From assembly GCA_963830915.1 (NCBI GenBank), contig CAWHOE010000053.1:32001-96000 (forward strand): a stretch of 64,000 bases of DNA, read 5' to 3'. Positions 40,401 to 49,580 of the stretch are shown in pieces. The notes under the pieces are model-generated. The model had not been told where the DNA came from. It made no database searches and was given only the letters and a program-made list of their open reading frames with translations. The DNA is from a candidate division FCPU426 bacterium (lineage in GTDB: Bacteria; Oederibacteriota; Muellerivitia; Muellerivitales; Muellerivitaceae). Made by a program: the position numbers and the translations under genes. How positions within the stretch are numbered: position 1 is the first letter of the stretch; the number at the start of each line of letters is the position of its first letter.

Positions 40401-40578
40401 TTCGGTACCAACCCGACATGTCGCATCCGACGAAACGAATGTTGGAATTCACGGGTGAAATGGAGGGTGCGTACTCAGCCCCTCCTCCTCCCATGCCCAC
40501 CGTTGTCCATGTCTGGGCAAACACAAATCCAGGGCCTAGAAGAACACAAAGGAGGGGCAGGTAGTGGGTTCGTTTCAT
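37438..40578 (-). CDS. Secreted BNR/Asp-box double beta-propeller (GH74-like) + Thr/Pro linker + YPNP C-terminal domain
   Basis: Signal peptide; WTTVGMGGGG, CDMSGWYRSADGGNTW, many S.DGG.TW Asp-boxes, ASDIG. Confidence 0.82.
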   Translation of the reverse strand: MKRTHYLPLLCVLLGPGFVFAQTWTTVGMGGGGAEYAPSISPVNSNIRFVGCDMSGWYRSADGGNTWNMLDFYQISTAVDYSYNDGVMCPMAFHPTNANIVYGFGAQQDTQLNSPNLLVSNDGGLTWSIVSGANPGPWPTWGNTGGRITLIYLDRGNPNFILIGTDNGVWRSINGGTSFLATTGTSGYVSGFMVDQSSPVATRVCYVGTSAGVFKSTDGGNTWAAANTGLSTPANVLSFAGASTGAAGGTNLFAIDGNNNHIYTSTNASAWALSSSADTFAMVASSDNDINTAYATNSSNRDVWQTVNGGGAWAKVFTDVSPVANLFDGWVDFDLSFSGWGSPVDGLGVNPANSSQVMFSDLGETFKSDTAGVSWTEAYSTFAGTPPPSQGQAWSSRGLEVTSVFQYAFDPNTPNYNYICASDIGFCYSSDTGTTWHNTARRNDGSFPSNWTETFYHVAFNTTAGTVFAAVSSLHDLDHSNPLGKTGVGGVIKSTNYGGTWTKSATGLPSSPATSIVYDPVNNIFYVAMWGQGVYKSDTTGNNWTACATQPVIGTNKNVYSLKLIGSNLYCLLSGKSGFANPGGIFVSGNGGVTWGNLATNVTGGVPLYYPTDFDVNPSNPATIFVAAQDVWGTALANQQQGGCYRTTNGGTGWILMAMPPGHTPYGYAPSIDPNNPNTVYYGTENQGFFKSADDGNTWNRVTTVPFSSIQHVNFGNNAMYVGTFGGGVWMLPNTTSTPTPTATTGAPTSTPTPTTTKTFTGTPTFTPSLTPTNTATFTATFTPTNTMTTSSTFTLPITSTPTNSATPTLTPTDTMTPAQSFTPTPSKTPTQTLSPTNSATITDTFTATNSETSSFTSTLTLTATPSLSPTPSFTPTNSPSATDTCTLTNSPTLTYTSTYTLTPTVTLSPTTTFTYTNSPTCTNTFTDTATGVPTNTLTLTYSPTVTLTLTPVPLTVPVIYPNPVDGTVPVKIRLPAFLGISTVKIQLFTLAFRKAQETIYTKVSPGADIPLSLNDRWGKPLSNGIYYVVVNTSQGRSISKLLVLR

Positions 40579-40692
40579 TGATAAAAATATACCACTTGCT
40601 ATGGTTTAGGGGGTTAAGACGAAGGCAAATAAGGATAAAGATTGACTGCCATTATTGTTTTATCAGAAAAAAACGCGGAATTGAGTTTGGTC

Positions 40693-41796
40693 TCAACTAA
40701 AAGCGTTGTTCAGTTTTTCCATCTTTTCCATGTTCAACTCTTTTTCCATCGCCGCCTGGAACTTCCTCTTGTCATTAGCCTTTAGATAAGCTTCCCGGGC
40801 AGTGATCTTGCCCTTTTGGTAGAAGTTCGTCAGGCACATATCCATGGTCTGCATGCCCTGACCGCTGTTCATCTCTATGAGCGAATCGATACCAGAAACC
40901 TTACCTGTCCTGATCAGGTTCGGGAGACTTCGGTCATAAGTAAGTACCTCAACCGCGGCGCAACGGCCCTTGCCGTCCTTGGTCGGGCACAACTGCTGGG
41001 CGACGATACCCTTCATGGTGGCGGCCAGGGCGTCCCGAGCCTTGGCCCTCTCATCGGCTGGATAGACGTTGATGATGCGGTCGATGGTCTTGGAAGAGGA
41101 ATTGGTGTGCAGGGTCGCCAGGACCAAGATGCCCATTTCGGCCGCAGCAATGACCATGGAAATGGTCTCATAATCGCGCATTTCTCCCACCAGGATGATA
41201 TCAGGGTCCTGCCTCATGGACGACCTCAGCGCCGCCTTGAAGGAATGGGTATCGTTATGCACCTCGCGTTGGGTAATCTTGCACTTCTTCATCACATGGA
41301 CGAACTCAATGGGGTCCTCGATGGTCAGGACGTTGGCTTCACGGGTGTTGTTGATCTCGTCGATCATAGCGGCAAGGGTCGTGCTTTTGCCACTTCCCGT
41401 GGGGCCGGTGATGAGCATCAGACCCCGTTTCATCTTGCACATTTCACGGATCACCGGGGGCAGTCCCAAATCTTCAAGTGAGAGGATCTTGGTGGGAATG
41501 GTTCGGAAAACAGCGGCGACCCCCTGCTGGTTGAAAAAAACGTTGCACCGATAACGGGCGATTCCCTCCGCCTCGTAGGCATAATCATAATCGTGTTTCT
41601 GCCAGCACAATTCCCATTGTTCCTGGGTCATGGTCTCATAGACCAAGGTCATGATCTCATCTTCCGTAAATACCTTGTCACTCAAGGGAACTAGGTCTCC
41701 CCGAACCCGAATCAGGGGCGGATTGCCGATGGTCAAGTGCATATCGGAGGCTTTGAGGTCGGCCATGGCCTGAAAGAGCTTGTCGATCTCTTTCAT
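40693..41796 (-). CDS. pilT: Type IV pilus retraction ATPase PilT/PilU family
   Basis: ASDMHL, GPTGSGKSTT, TIEDPIEF, RQDPDIILVGEMRD, TLHT, GMQTM. Confidence 0.93.
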   Translation of the reverse strand: MKEIDKLFQAMADLKASDMHLTIGNPPLIRVRGDLVPLSDKVFTEDEIMTLVYETMTQEQWELCWQKHDYDYAYEAEGIARYRCNVFFNQQGVAAVFRTIPTKILSLEDLGLPPVIREMCKMKRGLMLITGPTGSGKSTTLAAMIDEINNTREANVLTIEDPIEFVHVMKKCKITQREVHNDTHSFKAALRSSMRQDPDIILVGEMRDYETISMVIAAAEMGILVLATLHTNSSSKTIDRIINVYPADERAKARDALAATMKGIVAQQLCPTKDGKGRCAAVEVLTYDRSLPNLIRTGKVSGIDSLIEMNSGQGMQTMDMCLTNFYQKGKITAREAYLKANDKRKFQAAMEKELNMEKMEKLNNAFS

Positions 41797-42830
41797 CAGG
41801 TTTCCTCCGCCAGGATTTCATCTGCCTGGTTTTGGCTAATCTTTTTGGCTGTCACCAGGGCCTTGAGAGAGGCTTCCATGGTCTGCATACCTGAGGCGGC
41901 CCCAGTAGCGATAATGGAAGGAAGTTTATGGAATTCCCCGTCCCGGACCGTATTGGAAATAGCCAGGCTGTTGGCTAATATCTCGAACGCCGGAACCATG
42001 CCCGTACCCTCAGCGTTGACCAGAAAACGTTGGGATATGATCCCCACCAAATTCTCGGCCAGGCTGACCAGCGCCTGGTTCTGCTCAGCCGCCGGAAAAA
42101 GACTGACGACCCGGGAAATGGTGGCGGTTGCGGAGCCGGTGTGCAGGGTGCCGATGACCAAATGCCCTGTCTCGGCGGCGGTGAGGGCCAGGCTCATGGT
42201 CTCGTGGTCGCGCATCTCACCCACCATGATGACATCCGGGTCCTCGCGCAAGGCGCTCCTCAGGGCGCTAGTGAAACTGGCCGTATGGGGTCCCACGCTC
42301 CTTTGGTTGACCAGGGACTTTTTCCTTTGGTGGATATATTCGATAGGGTCCTCGATGGTGATAATGTTATACTCGCTGGTGGTGTTCAAATAGTCGACCA
42401 AAGCGGCGCAGGTGGTGGATTTGCCACAGCGGCCCGGCCCCGTGATGAGGATAATTCCCTGGTTGGCATCAGCGAATTTTTTGAGGATTCCAGGCAGGCC
42501 CATTTCCTCGATGGAATGGACCTTGGAACTGAAGTGGCGGAAAACCGCGTCCCACCCCCGGCGCTGGCGGAAGGCGTTGAGGCGGAACCGTTCTCCATTA
42601 GCCAGGGTGTAGGTGCCATCCACTTCCCACTCTTCCTTCAGGCGGCCCAAAAGGGAGGGATCCAAGGCCTCGTTGATCATGGCCTCTGACTCCTCTGCGG
42701 AAAGGGGTTCTTCCATCATGGGTTTCAACTTGCCTAATTGACGGACGCAGATGGGAGATCCCGCGGCGATATGAAGGTCGGAAGCTTTCAGATCGATGCA
42801 GGCTTGCAGGAATTGGTCGACTTTGGGCAT
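41796..42830 (-). CDS. pilT: Type IV pilus retraction ATPase PilT/PilU family (second paralog)
   Basis: ASDLHI, GPGRCGKST, TIEDPIEY, LREDPDVIMVGEMRD, AETGHLVIGTLHT. Confidence 0.92.
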   Translation of the reverse strand: MPKVDQFLQACIDLKASDLHIAAGSPICVRQLGKLKPMMEEPLSAEESEAMINEALDPSLLGRLKEEWEVDGTYTLANGERFRLNAFRQRRGWDAVFRHFSSKVHSIEEMGLPGILKKFADANQGIILITGPGRCGKSTTCAALVDYLNTTSEYNIITIEDPIEYIHQRKKSLVNQRSVGPHTASFTSALRSALREDPDVIMVGEMRDHETMSLALTAAETGHLVIGTLHTGSATATISRVVSLFPAAEQNQALVSLAENLVGIISQRFLVNAEGTGMVPAFEILANSLAISNTVRDGEFHKLPSIIATGAASGMQTMEASLKALVTAKKISQNQADEILAEET

Positions 42831-42941
42831 GGTTCATTCTTTTGAGTAAATTAACGACTGAGATCAAGAAAGAAATCGTCCGGCAGCGAAGAAGACCGAC
42901 TTTGGACATATTACACCGATGAACTTCTGAAAAGAAATATC

Positions 42942-43640
42942 TTAAGCTGGTTTCGTTGGGATTACAAAAAAGAGGATGGCGAAATAATGGCAGACGCTTC
43001 CCGCCAGGACGAATAAGTGCCAAATGGCATGGTGGTGTTGGAACTTTTTCCAAAGGTAAAAGATTGCCCCGAAGCTATAAAAAACACCTCCCAATAAAAG
43101 CAAATAAAGCCCTCCCTTAGGTAAGGCGGCAACGAGGGGTTTGATGGCCAAGATGATCATCCAGCTCATGCCCAAATAAACGAGGGTGGAGACAAGCTTG
43201 AAACGCCCGGTAAAAAAGGCTTTGAAGGTGATGCCCGCCGCCGCCAAACCCCAGACCACCCCGAAGAGAGACCAACCCCAGGCGCCCCGCAAGGTAACCA
43301 GCATGAAGGGGGTATAGGTGCCGGCGATGAGAAGGAATATGGCTGAATGGTCCAGAATTTCAAAGACATATTTGACCCGGGGCGACCGGAAGGAGTGGTA
43401 AAGGGTGGAGATGACGAACAAGAGGATCAGGGTTCCGCCGTAGACGCTACAGCTGACGATGTGCCAAGCGTTCCCCCTTAAGCAGGCCATGACGATCAAG
43501 ACCACCGTTCCCCCAATGGCCAAAGCCGCCGAAACACCGTGGGTCCAGCTGTTGGCCAGTTCTTGAATGGGAGTGTATTGGGAGGCTGGGGGGTATTTGA
43601 GAGAACGGCTCAGTGGGGATATCTTAGGTTTGCGATACAA
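42942..43640 (-). CDS. Hemolysin III / PAQR family membrane protein
   Basis: ELANSWTHG, STLYH, DHSAIFLLIAGTYTP, HAIWHLFV; start tentatively TTG 43640. Confidence 0.9.
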   Translation of the reverse strand: MYRKPKISPLSRSLKYPPASQYTPIQELANSWTHGVSAALAIGGTVVLIVMACLRGNAWHIVSCSVYGGTLILLFVISTLYHSFRSPRVKYVFEILDHSAIFLLIAGTYTPFMLVTLRGAWGWSLFGVVWGLAAAGITFKAFFTGRFKLVSTLVYLGMSWMIILAIKPLVAALPKGGLYLLLLGGVFYSFGAIFYLWKKFQHHHAIWHLFVLAGSVCHYFAILFFVIPTKPA

Positions 43641-43656
43641 AGCTTTTTTTATTTTT

Positions 43657-44469
43657 TTAGGCGTGATGGTCCTCCAGATGCTGGTGGGGATGGCTGTGAA
43701 TCTCCCCGTGGTGCCAGTGTGGATGGGTGTGGATAAGATTATTCGCCTCCAAAAGCTTCGTGTCACGCATTATTTCCTCGGGAGTGCCATGCCCGGCCAG
43801 CGTACCCCCAGGTGTGAAAACAAATATTTCGTCCGACAGGTCCTCCACGAAATGGGTGTCGTGCGTGGCCGTGACCAGGGTCTTACCCTCGTTCGAGGCC
43901 GTCAAAAGCATTTCCAGGATCTGGGCGGTGGTCTTGGGGTCCAACCCGGCGGTGGGCTCGTCCAACAGCAGGATTTCCGGATCCACGACCAGGGTGGAAG
44001 CGAAAGCGACCTTTCGTTTCTCCCCCACGCTCAACTGATGGGGCGAGCGATCCAATAGACGGGTGAAGCGCAGTTTTTCAGCGAGATCTTCCATTTTTTT
44101 ACGGGCTACTTCCGGGCCCATCCCTAGTTGCAAGGGACCGAAGAGGATATCTTCCCTCACCGTGGGACAGAATAGCTGGATATCCGGGTTCTGGAATACC
44201 AATCCCACCTTGCGGCGGAAACCCCTGGAAAATTCCACGTCCTTGAAATTCGATTCCTTTAATTCCGTTCCGTTGAAAACCACCCGGCCTTTATCCGAAA
44301 AGATCAGGGCGTCCAGAAGATTCAACAGGGTGGACTTGCCGCAGCCGTTGGCGCCCATGAAAGTGACGCGCTTTCCCCGGGTGATGGTCATGTCCACGCC
44401 GGAGAGGGCGGGGAACCGCCCCAGATAGGCGTAATGGACGTTTTCCAGTTCGAAGAGGACCTGGCTCAT
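43657..44469 (-). CDS. cbiO: ECF transporter ATPase (CbiO/NikO) with His-rich tail
   Basis: GANGCGKST, FQNPDIQLF, LSVGEKR, LLLDEPT; tail HTHPHWHHGEIHSHPHQH. Confidence 0.93.
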   Translation of the reverse strand: MSQVLFELENVHYAYLGRFPALSGVDMTITRGKRVTFMGANGCGKSTLLNLLDALIFSDKGRVVFNGTELKESNFKDVEFSRGFRRKVGLVFQNPDIQLFCPTVREDILFGPLQLGMGPEVARKKMEDLAEKLRFTRLLDRSPHQLSVGEKRKVAFASTLVVDPEILLLDEPTAGLDPKTTAQILEMLLTASNEGKTLVTATHDTHFVEDLSDEIFVFTPGGTLAGHGTPEEIMRDTKLLEANNLIHTHPHWHHGEIHSHPHQHLEDHHA

Positions 44470-45293
44470 GAACCCGCCCATTTCCGGGCCGCGAAAAAGC
44501 CCAGGAGGATGGAACCGACAATGGCGAGGAAAAACCAATCCCGGGCTCGGGTCTTGAGATCATCGGCCAGAACCGGCTCGCCCTGGAAACCCCTGGAAAG
44601 CATGGCTTGATAGACCCGATCGCTCATTTGATGGGACCTGATCCAGAGATGGGCCATGTTCCAGGCCACCAATCGGCGGCCCTTACCTTCCGGCATGACG
44701 TTCCCCACCCGGCTCTGCACTGCCCGGTGGGTGTTTTCCAATATCTCCATGAAAAGATAGATGTAGCGGTAAGCCATGCCCATCACCAGCACGAATATCT
44801 GGGGAATACCGAAAACCCGGAGGGTTTTTAGAAGGGCGAAGTGACGGGTCGTGAGGGTGAGAAGCAAGCCCAGTGACACCGAATCCGCGACTCGAAGTGT
44901 GAAGAGAGCGACGGCCCATAGCCCCTGGCGGGTGATGGAAAGGTTATCCATTCTCAGGACCGTTTCCCCCGGGCTCACCTGTGAAAAAAGTGCGGGCAAT
45001 ACCACGAACAAGGAGAAAAGAGGGATAAAAAACCAGGTCCGGACCAGGAAAAAAGGAAGAGACAGTCTTGAGGCGAGGGCCAGCAGGATCACTAGGATAT
45101 AGAGAGCTCCTAATAGCGTGAGACTTTTCAGGAACAAGACCGTGAGGATCATCATGAGGAGTGAGAGTACCCGGACCCTCGGGTCAAGCGATTGGAGCAT
45201 ACCCTTCCGGTTGGCGGTTTCCTCGGCGAAGAGCGACTCTTTTAGAAGGGAAAGGGCGCTTCGAAGGGTGCGTTGGATAAAGGAACCGTTCAT
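44466..45293 (-). CDS. cbiQ: ECF transporter T component (CbiQ/NikQ)
   Basis: LDPRV, YRYI, AMLSRGF. Confidence 0.92.
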   Translation of the reverse strand: MNGSFIQRTLRSALSLLKESLFAEETANRKGMLQSLDPRVRVLSLLMMILTVLFLKSLTLLGALYILVILLALASRLSLPFFLVRTWFFIPLFSLFVVLPALFSQVSPGETVLRMDNLSITRQGLWAVALFTLRVADSVSLGLLLTLTTRHFALLKTLRVFGIPQIFVLVMGMAYRYIYLFMEILENTHRAVQSRVGNVMPEGKGRRLVAWNMAHLWIRSHQMSDRVYQAMLSRGFQGEPVLADDLKTRARDWFFLAIVGSILLGFFAARKWAGS

Positions 45294-45297
45294 GGGT

Positions 45298-45633
45298 TCA
45301 TTTCCCTTTCTTGGATAACAAGCGCCCAGCCAACCATGCGAAAAGAGCTACCAAACCAGCACCTAAAAAAGCCGAGAAGATGTAGGCGAAACTCAAGGAA
45401 CCCAACCCTTTCCCTTCCCAACCTTTGAAGCTGTAATCCGGCAAGGGCGCTTTCCAAATTTCGCTGAACTTTTTCAGGCCCTCCGGTACGTAACCGGCTA
45501 TCTTTTGTATTTCCGCCGAGTCCCATTCACCCCAGGCCGAGCCAGCCTTGAAAAGATTGGGAATGACCAGCCCCAGGGGACATAGGAGCCCCAGCAGTCC
45601 CAAACCGATCCAGAGTTTCTTGGAAGTTTTCAT
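45298..45633 (-). CDS. PDGLE-type auxiliary subunit (NikN/CbiN-like)
   Basis: PLGL...AWGEW...APLPDY, two TM helices, between the M and Q genes. Confidence 0.8.
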   Translation of the reverse strand: MKTSKKLWIGLGLLGLLCPLGLVIPNLFKAGSAWGEWDSAEIQKIAGYVPEGLKKFSEIWKAPLPDYSFKGWEGKGLGSLSFAYIFSAFLGAGLVALFAWLAGRLLSKKGK

Positions 45634-46313
45634 GGAAGGGCTTCCCCTTCGAACAATTCCGGGGAATATTGATGGAGGTACTTCACCACCAGCGCCGTCA
45701 CGACCGCCTCCACCCAACTGAAGACCAGCATATGGCCTCCCAACATAGCGGGAACGGTGACCGACAGGCCGTAGGGACAATAAAGGGCGTGGCCGTCTGG
45801 AGCGTGGTGTAGAAGCGGCTGGAGACCGAACTCAATCCCAGCCATTGCCGAAGCCAGAGAAAGACCTACGTAACCGCCAATTCCCGCCGCCCAAATCCGC
45901 CGGGCAGACCTGGGTTTGGCCTTCCCTGACACCCACTGGTAAATATTATAACCGGTGAATGGCAAGATGACCGCCATGTTAAGGCAATTGGCCCCATAAG
46001 CCGTGATACCTCCGTCGCCGAATAGAAGCGCCTGCACCGCCAACGCGATGGAAACGGCGATGACCGCGGCCCAGGGCCCCAAAAGGATGGCCACCAGCGC
46101 CCCGCCCACGGCGTGGCCCGTGGTACCCCCTGGAATGGGCACGTTGAACATCATGATGAGGAAACTGAAGGCAGCCCCGATGGCCAACATCGGCACCTGC
46201 CTGGTTTCTAGGTTCTTCTTCACCTTGCGAGCCGCGACCGACCAGACCGGCGCCATGACGAGGTAACCCGCCGCGCAGGTGGTAGGGCCTAGATAACCAT
46301 CGGGAATGTGCAT
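45630..46313 (-). CDS. cbiM: Ni/Co ECF substrate-binding component (CbiM/NikM)
   Basis: N-terminal MHIPDGYL; GGTTGHAVGG, QALLFGDGG. Confidence 0.95.
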   Translation of the reverse strand: MHIPDGYLGPTTCAAGYLVMAPVWSVAARKVKKNLETRQVPMLAIGAAFSFLIMMFNVPIPGGTTGHAVGGALVAILLGPWAAVIAVSIALAVQALLFGDGGITAYGANCLNMAVILPFTGYNIYQWVSGKAKPRSARRIWAAGIGGYVGLSLASAMAGIEFGLQPLLHHAPDGHALYCPYGLSVTVPAMLGGHMLVFSWVEAVVTALVVKYLHQYSPELFEGEALP

Positions 46314-46402
46314 GATCCATCCTTTAGAATCTTCTGGATTCTAACGGATTGGGAGAGGTCAAACCCTGACCGCAATCATACATTTTTTATTATTCACGTT
46401 TA

Positions 46403-47035
46403 TTAAGATTGTTCTTTCAACCGGTCAAATATGCGCTGGCCTTCTACCTCATCCAACAGGGTCCATTCCTGAGACCCTTCCTCGTAATACAAGACATCCA
46501 GATGCCGGATATCGAACCAGATGCCGTGAAGGGCCAAGTGCCGTTGGTTCATGGCTTGGGCCACGCTTGGATAACCCTTTAGGTGTCCCATCTGGGCAAG
46601 TACATTCTTTCGGGAAGCTTCGTTGACATCCAACCCCTTCCCTTCACCCGTAGCCGCCATATCCAGCCATTCCCTGAGAGCGCCTTCCGGAAGAGAATCA
46701 TGACCCTGTGTATGAGCGTGCATCGCGCCGCAATCGCTATGACCGCAGACAATGATGTTGCTTACACCCAGTTTGTTGATGGCGAAATCCACCGCGGCGG
46801 CCGTACCGGTCCCCCCGGCATGGCCGTAAGGCGGGACCAGGTTGCCGACATTACGCAGGACGAATAGGTCGCCCGGGTCGGTGGAGGCGAAGACATTCAC
46901 GGCCACGCGGCTGTCCGAGCAGGCGATGAAAAGGGCGTCGGGCTTTTGGCCCAGGGCCAGATGGGTAAAGGTATCGGCGTAATCCTGACGCCGTTCTAGC
47001 CTGAATCGAATGATCCCCTGGATGAGTTTTTTCAT
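46403..47035 (-). CDS. can: Beta-class carbonic anhydrase
   Basis: CSDSR, RNVGN, HSDCGAM zinc-ligand motifs. Confidence 0.93.
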   Translation of the reverse strand: MKKLIQGIIRFRLERRQDYADTFTHLALGQKPDALFIACSDSRVAVNVFASTDPGDLFVLRNVGNLVPPYGHAGGTGTAAAVDFAINKLGVSNIIVCGHSDCGAMHAHTQGHDSLPEGALREWLDMAATGEGKGLDVNEASRKNVLAQMGHLKGYPSVAQAMNQRHLALHGIWFDIRHLDVLYYEEGSQEWTLLDEVEGQRIFDRLKEQS

Positions 47036-47092
47036 GGCCGACGCATTTTAAAAGGGAGCGAACAAAAATTGCAATGACCGGGAAATACTCGG

Positions 47093-48151
47093 CTAGGCGC
47101 CGATAAGAGGGTTTTCGAAGGTACAAACCCCCACTTGATTCCGTCCATCCCGCTTGGCGCTGTAAAGGGCTTTATCGACCTGAGCAACCACCATATCCAT
47201 GTCCATATTCATTCCCTTGGAAGTCACCCCCACTCCCAGGCTCATGGTGATGTTGACGATTCCCCTGGGAGTCACGATCTTTTCCTGTCCGATCGCCTGA
47301 CGGATGCGCTCGGCGACCTTGGCGGCTGTGGCCTGATCCGCGCCCGGAAGGAGGATCATGAATTCCTCGCCCCCGTACCTTCCCGCCGCGTCCGAAGCCC
47401 GCAGGCAAGAACGGATACGTTGAGCCGACTCCACCAGCACCACATCCCCGACCGGATGGCCGAATGTATCGTTGACGGACTTGAAGTGATCCAGGTCCGC
47501 CAGGATGATGCCTACCGATTGCCCCGATGGTTCCGCTTTTTTCAATTCCGAGTACAGGATCTCCAGGATCGCCCCCCTGTTCCAAAGTCGGGTCAGTGAA
47601 TCCACCAGGGCCTGGCTTCGGAACTTATCCCTTTCTCTTAAGAGTTCCTGATGGGTTTGATGGATACGCACCACGCCCAGTTCGGATTCCACCAGGGCGG
47701 CCAGATCGCTGAACGCGGAAAGGTCGTTTTCGTCCAATTCCCTGGGGCGGTCATCGATCAAACAAAGAACGCCCAGACGATGGCCCTTTGGTCCGGTTAA
47801 GGGATGGCCGGCGTAGAACCGAATGTGGGGTTCCCCTTTTACGAATGGATTGTCCTTGAAGCGTTCATCCTTGAATGTATCCGGGACGATCATAGCTTTG
47901 GTATCCAGGATGGCATAAGCGCAGAAGGAAATCTCACGGGGCGACTCGGAGGCGCTCAACCCTTGAGCCGACTTAAACCAAACCCGGTCACTATCCACCA
48001 GGGAAATCAAGGCTACCGGAACGTTGAACAGTTTGGTGGCCAATCGGGTAAGACGATCGAACCTCTCCTCGGCTGGCGTGTCCAGCAGATGAAGGCTGAC
48101 CAATTCTTGCAAACGTTCCCCCTCATCGGGAGGTAAAGCGGGGGCTAACAT
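47093..48151 (-). CDS. GAF + GGEEF diguanylate cyclase
   Basis: LDTPAEERFDRLT, SFCAYAI, IRFYAG; DSLTRLWNR, DLDHFK, GRYGGEEF; start ATG 48151. Confidence 0.93.
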   Translation of the reverse strand: MLAPALPPDEGERLQELVSLHLLDTPAEERFDRLTRLATKLFNVPVALISLVDSDRVWFKSAQGLSASESPREISFCAYAILDTKAMIVPDTFKDERFKDNPFVKGEPHIRFYAGHPLTGPKGHRLGVLCLIDDRPRELDENDLSAFSDLAALVESELGVVRIHQTHQELLRERDKFRSQALVDSLTRLWNRGAILEILYSELKKAEPSGQSVGIILADLDHFKSVNDTFGHPVGDVVLVESAQRIRSCLRASDAAGRYGGEEFMILLPGADQATAAKVAERIRQAIGQEKIVTPRGIVNITMSLGVGVTSKGMNMDMDMVVAQVDKALYSAKRDGRNQVGVCTFENPLIGA

Positions 48152-48426
48152 GAAAACTTCTCCTGAAACTTTGACCCCCATAAGGTTTCGGGGATTTTGT
48201 AACACCAATTTAAACTGGTAGTTTTCAAATAGACAGGGGGGGTGGAGATAATTAACAAGAAAATTTCTTGGGGATTTAAAAAAGTCGATTCCCGCCGTAA
48301 AACCACCCCAAAAAGTGAAAAAGCTCCCTGAAATCGAGAAAAATCATTCCAATCAGCCCTTGTCAGTCATATTTCCCATCTGTTTTAATCTTAGGCGCTA
48401 GAACCCAACCCATCCCGGAGGATGTT

Positions 48427-49476
48427 ATGCCGTCCGTCAAAGCCTATGCCGCCTCAAAAGCCAAAGCCCTTTTGGGTCCTTACCAGATCGAACGCAAGGA
48501 ACCGGGCCCTCACGATGTGGTCATCGACATACTCTATTGCGGGGTCTGTCACTCGGACCTCCACCAAGTAAGGGACGAGTGGGGCGGGAGCCTCTTCCCC
48601 ATGGTCCCAGGCCACGAGATCGTGGGAAAGGTCGCCAAGGCCGGTTATCTGGCCAAGCATCACAAGGTCGGTGACCGGGTGGGCGTTGGTTGTTTCATCG
48701 AATCCTGTCGTCATTGTGAGCCATGCCGAAAAGGTCTGGAGCAATTCTGTGAGGGTCATCTCACCATGACCTATAACGGTTTGGAAAAGGATGGAAAGAC
48801 CCCGACCTACGGAGGTTACTCCACCCAGATCGTGGTGGACGAGCGTTATGTCCTGAAGATCCCCGCCAACCTGCCCTTGGAAAAGGCTGCTCCCCTTCTT
48901 TGCGCGGGCATCACCACCTACTCCCCCCTGAAAGAGTGGAAGGTCAAGGCGGGACAGAATGTGGGCGTGATCGGCCTGGGTGGGCTGGGCCACATGGCCG
49001 TCAAACTGGCTTCCGCCCTGGGAGCGGAAGTGACGGTTTTCAGCACTTCTGACCGGAAAAAAGAGGACGCCAAACGCATGGGAGCCGACCATTTTGTCAT
49101 CACCACCGGAGAGGGAGCCCTCAAGAACCTGATGGGAACCTTCGATTTCATCATCAATACCGCCTCAGGGAATACGGACCTGGACAAATACCTGATGTTA
49201 TTGAAACGCGACCGCACCATGGTCCTGGTCGGCGCCCCCGAAAAGCCCGGGGTCTTGAACGCCTTCCCCCTCATCCTGAAACGCCGCCGCCTGGCCGGAT
49301 CCCTCATCGGTGGCATCAAAGAAACCCAGCAGATGCTGAACTTTTGTGGCAAGAAAAACATCACCTCCGACGTGGAGGTTATCCCCATGGAAAAGATCAA
49401 CGAAGCTTATGAGCGCATGTTGAAAGGGGACGTTCGCTACCGTTTCGTGATCGATATGGCCTCCCTGAAAAGCTAA
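48427..49476 (+). CDS. Zn-dependent NAD(P) alcohol dehydrogenase (cinnamyl ADH/YahK-like)
   Basis: CGVCHSD, GHE, structural-Zn Cys cluster, APLLCAGITTYSPL, GLGGLG, RYRFVID. Confidence 0.95.
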   Translation: MPSVKAYAASKAKALLGPYQIERKEPGPHDVVIDILYCGVCHSDLHQVRDEWGGSLFPMVPGHEIVGKVAKAGYLAKHHKVGDRVGVGCFIESCRHCEPCRKGLEQFCEGHLTMTYNGLEKDGKTPTYGGYSTQIVVDERYVLKIPANLPLEKAAPLLCAGITTYSPLKEWKVKAGQNVGVIGLGGLGHMAVKLASALGAEVTVFSTSDRKKEDAKRMGADHFVITTGEGALKNLMGTFDFIINTASGNTDLDKYLMLLKRDRTMVLVGAPEKPGVLNAFPLILKRRRLAGSLIGGIKETQQMLNFCGKKNITSDVEVIPMEKINEAYERMLKGDVRYRFVIDMASLKS

Positions 49477-49580
49477 TTTCTTCCCTTCGCCCTTTTTAAG
49501 AGTTATGATGAGTGCTCTATCAGGGGCAGAGCTTATTTTGGACCGCTTGGAAGCGGACACCTATTCTTCGGGAGGACCCA

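Noticed and set aside
43641..43766. N-terminal extension of the hemolysin III ORF
   Set aside because: It overlaps the cbiO 3' end in another frame; a later start is more plausible.
46354..46381. Possible NikR operator
   Set aside because: Only one GTATGA/TCATAC half-site; no partner at the expected 16-bp spacing.
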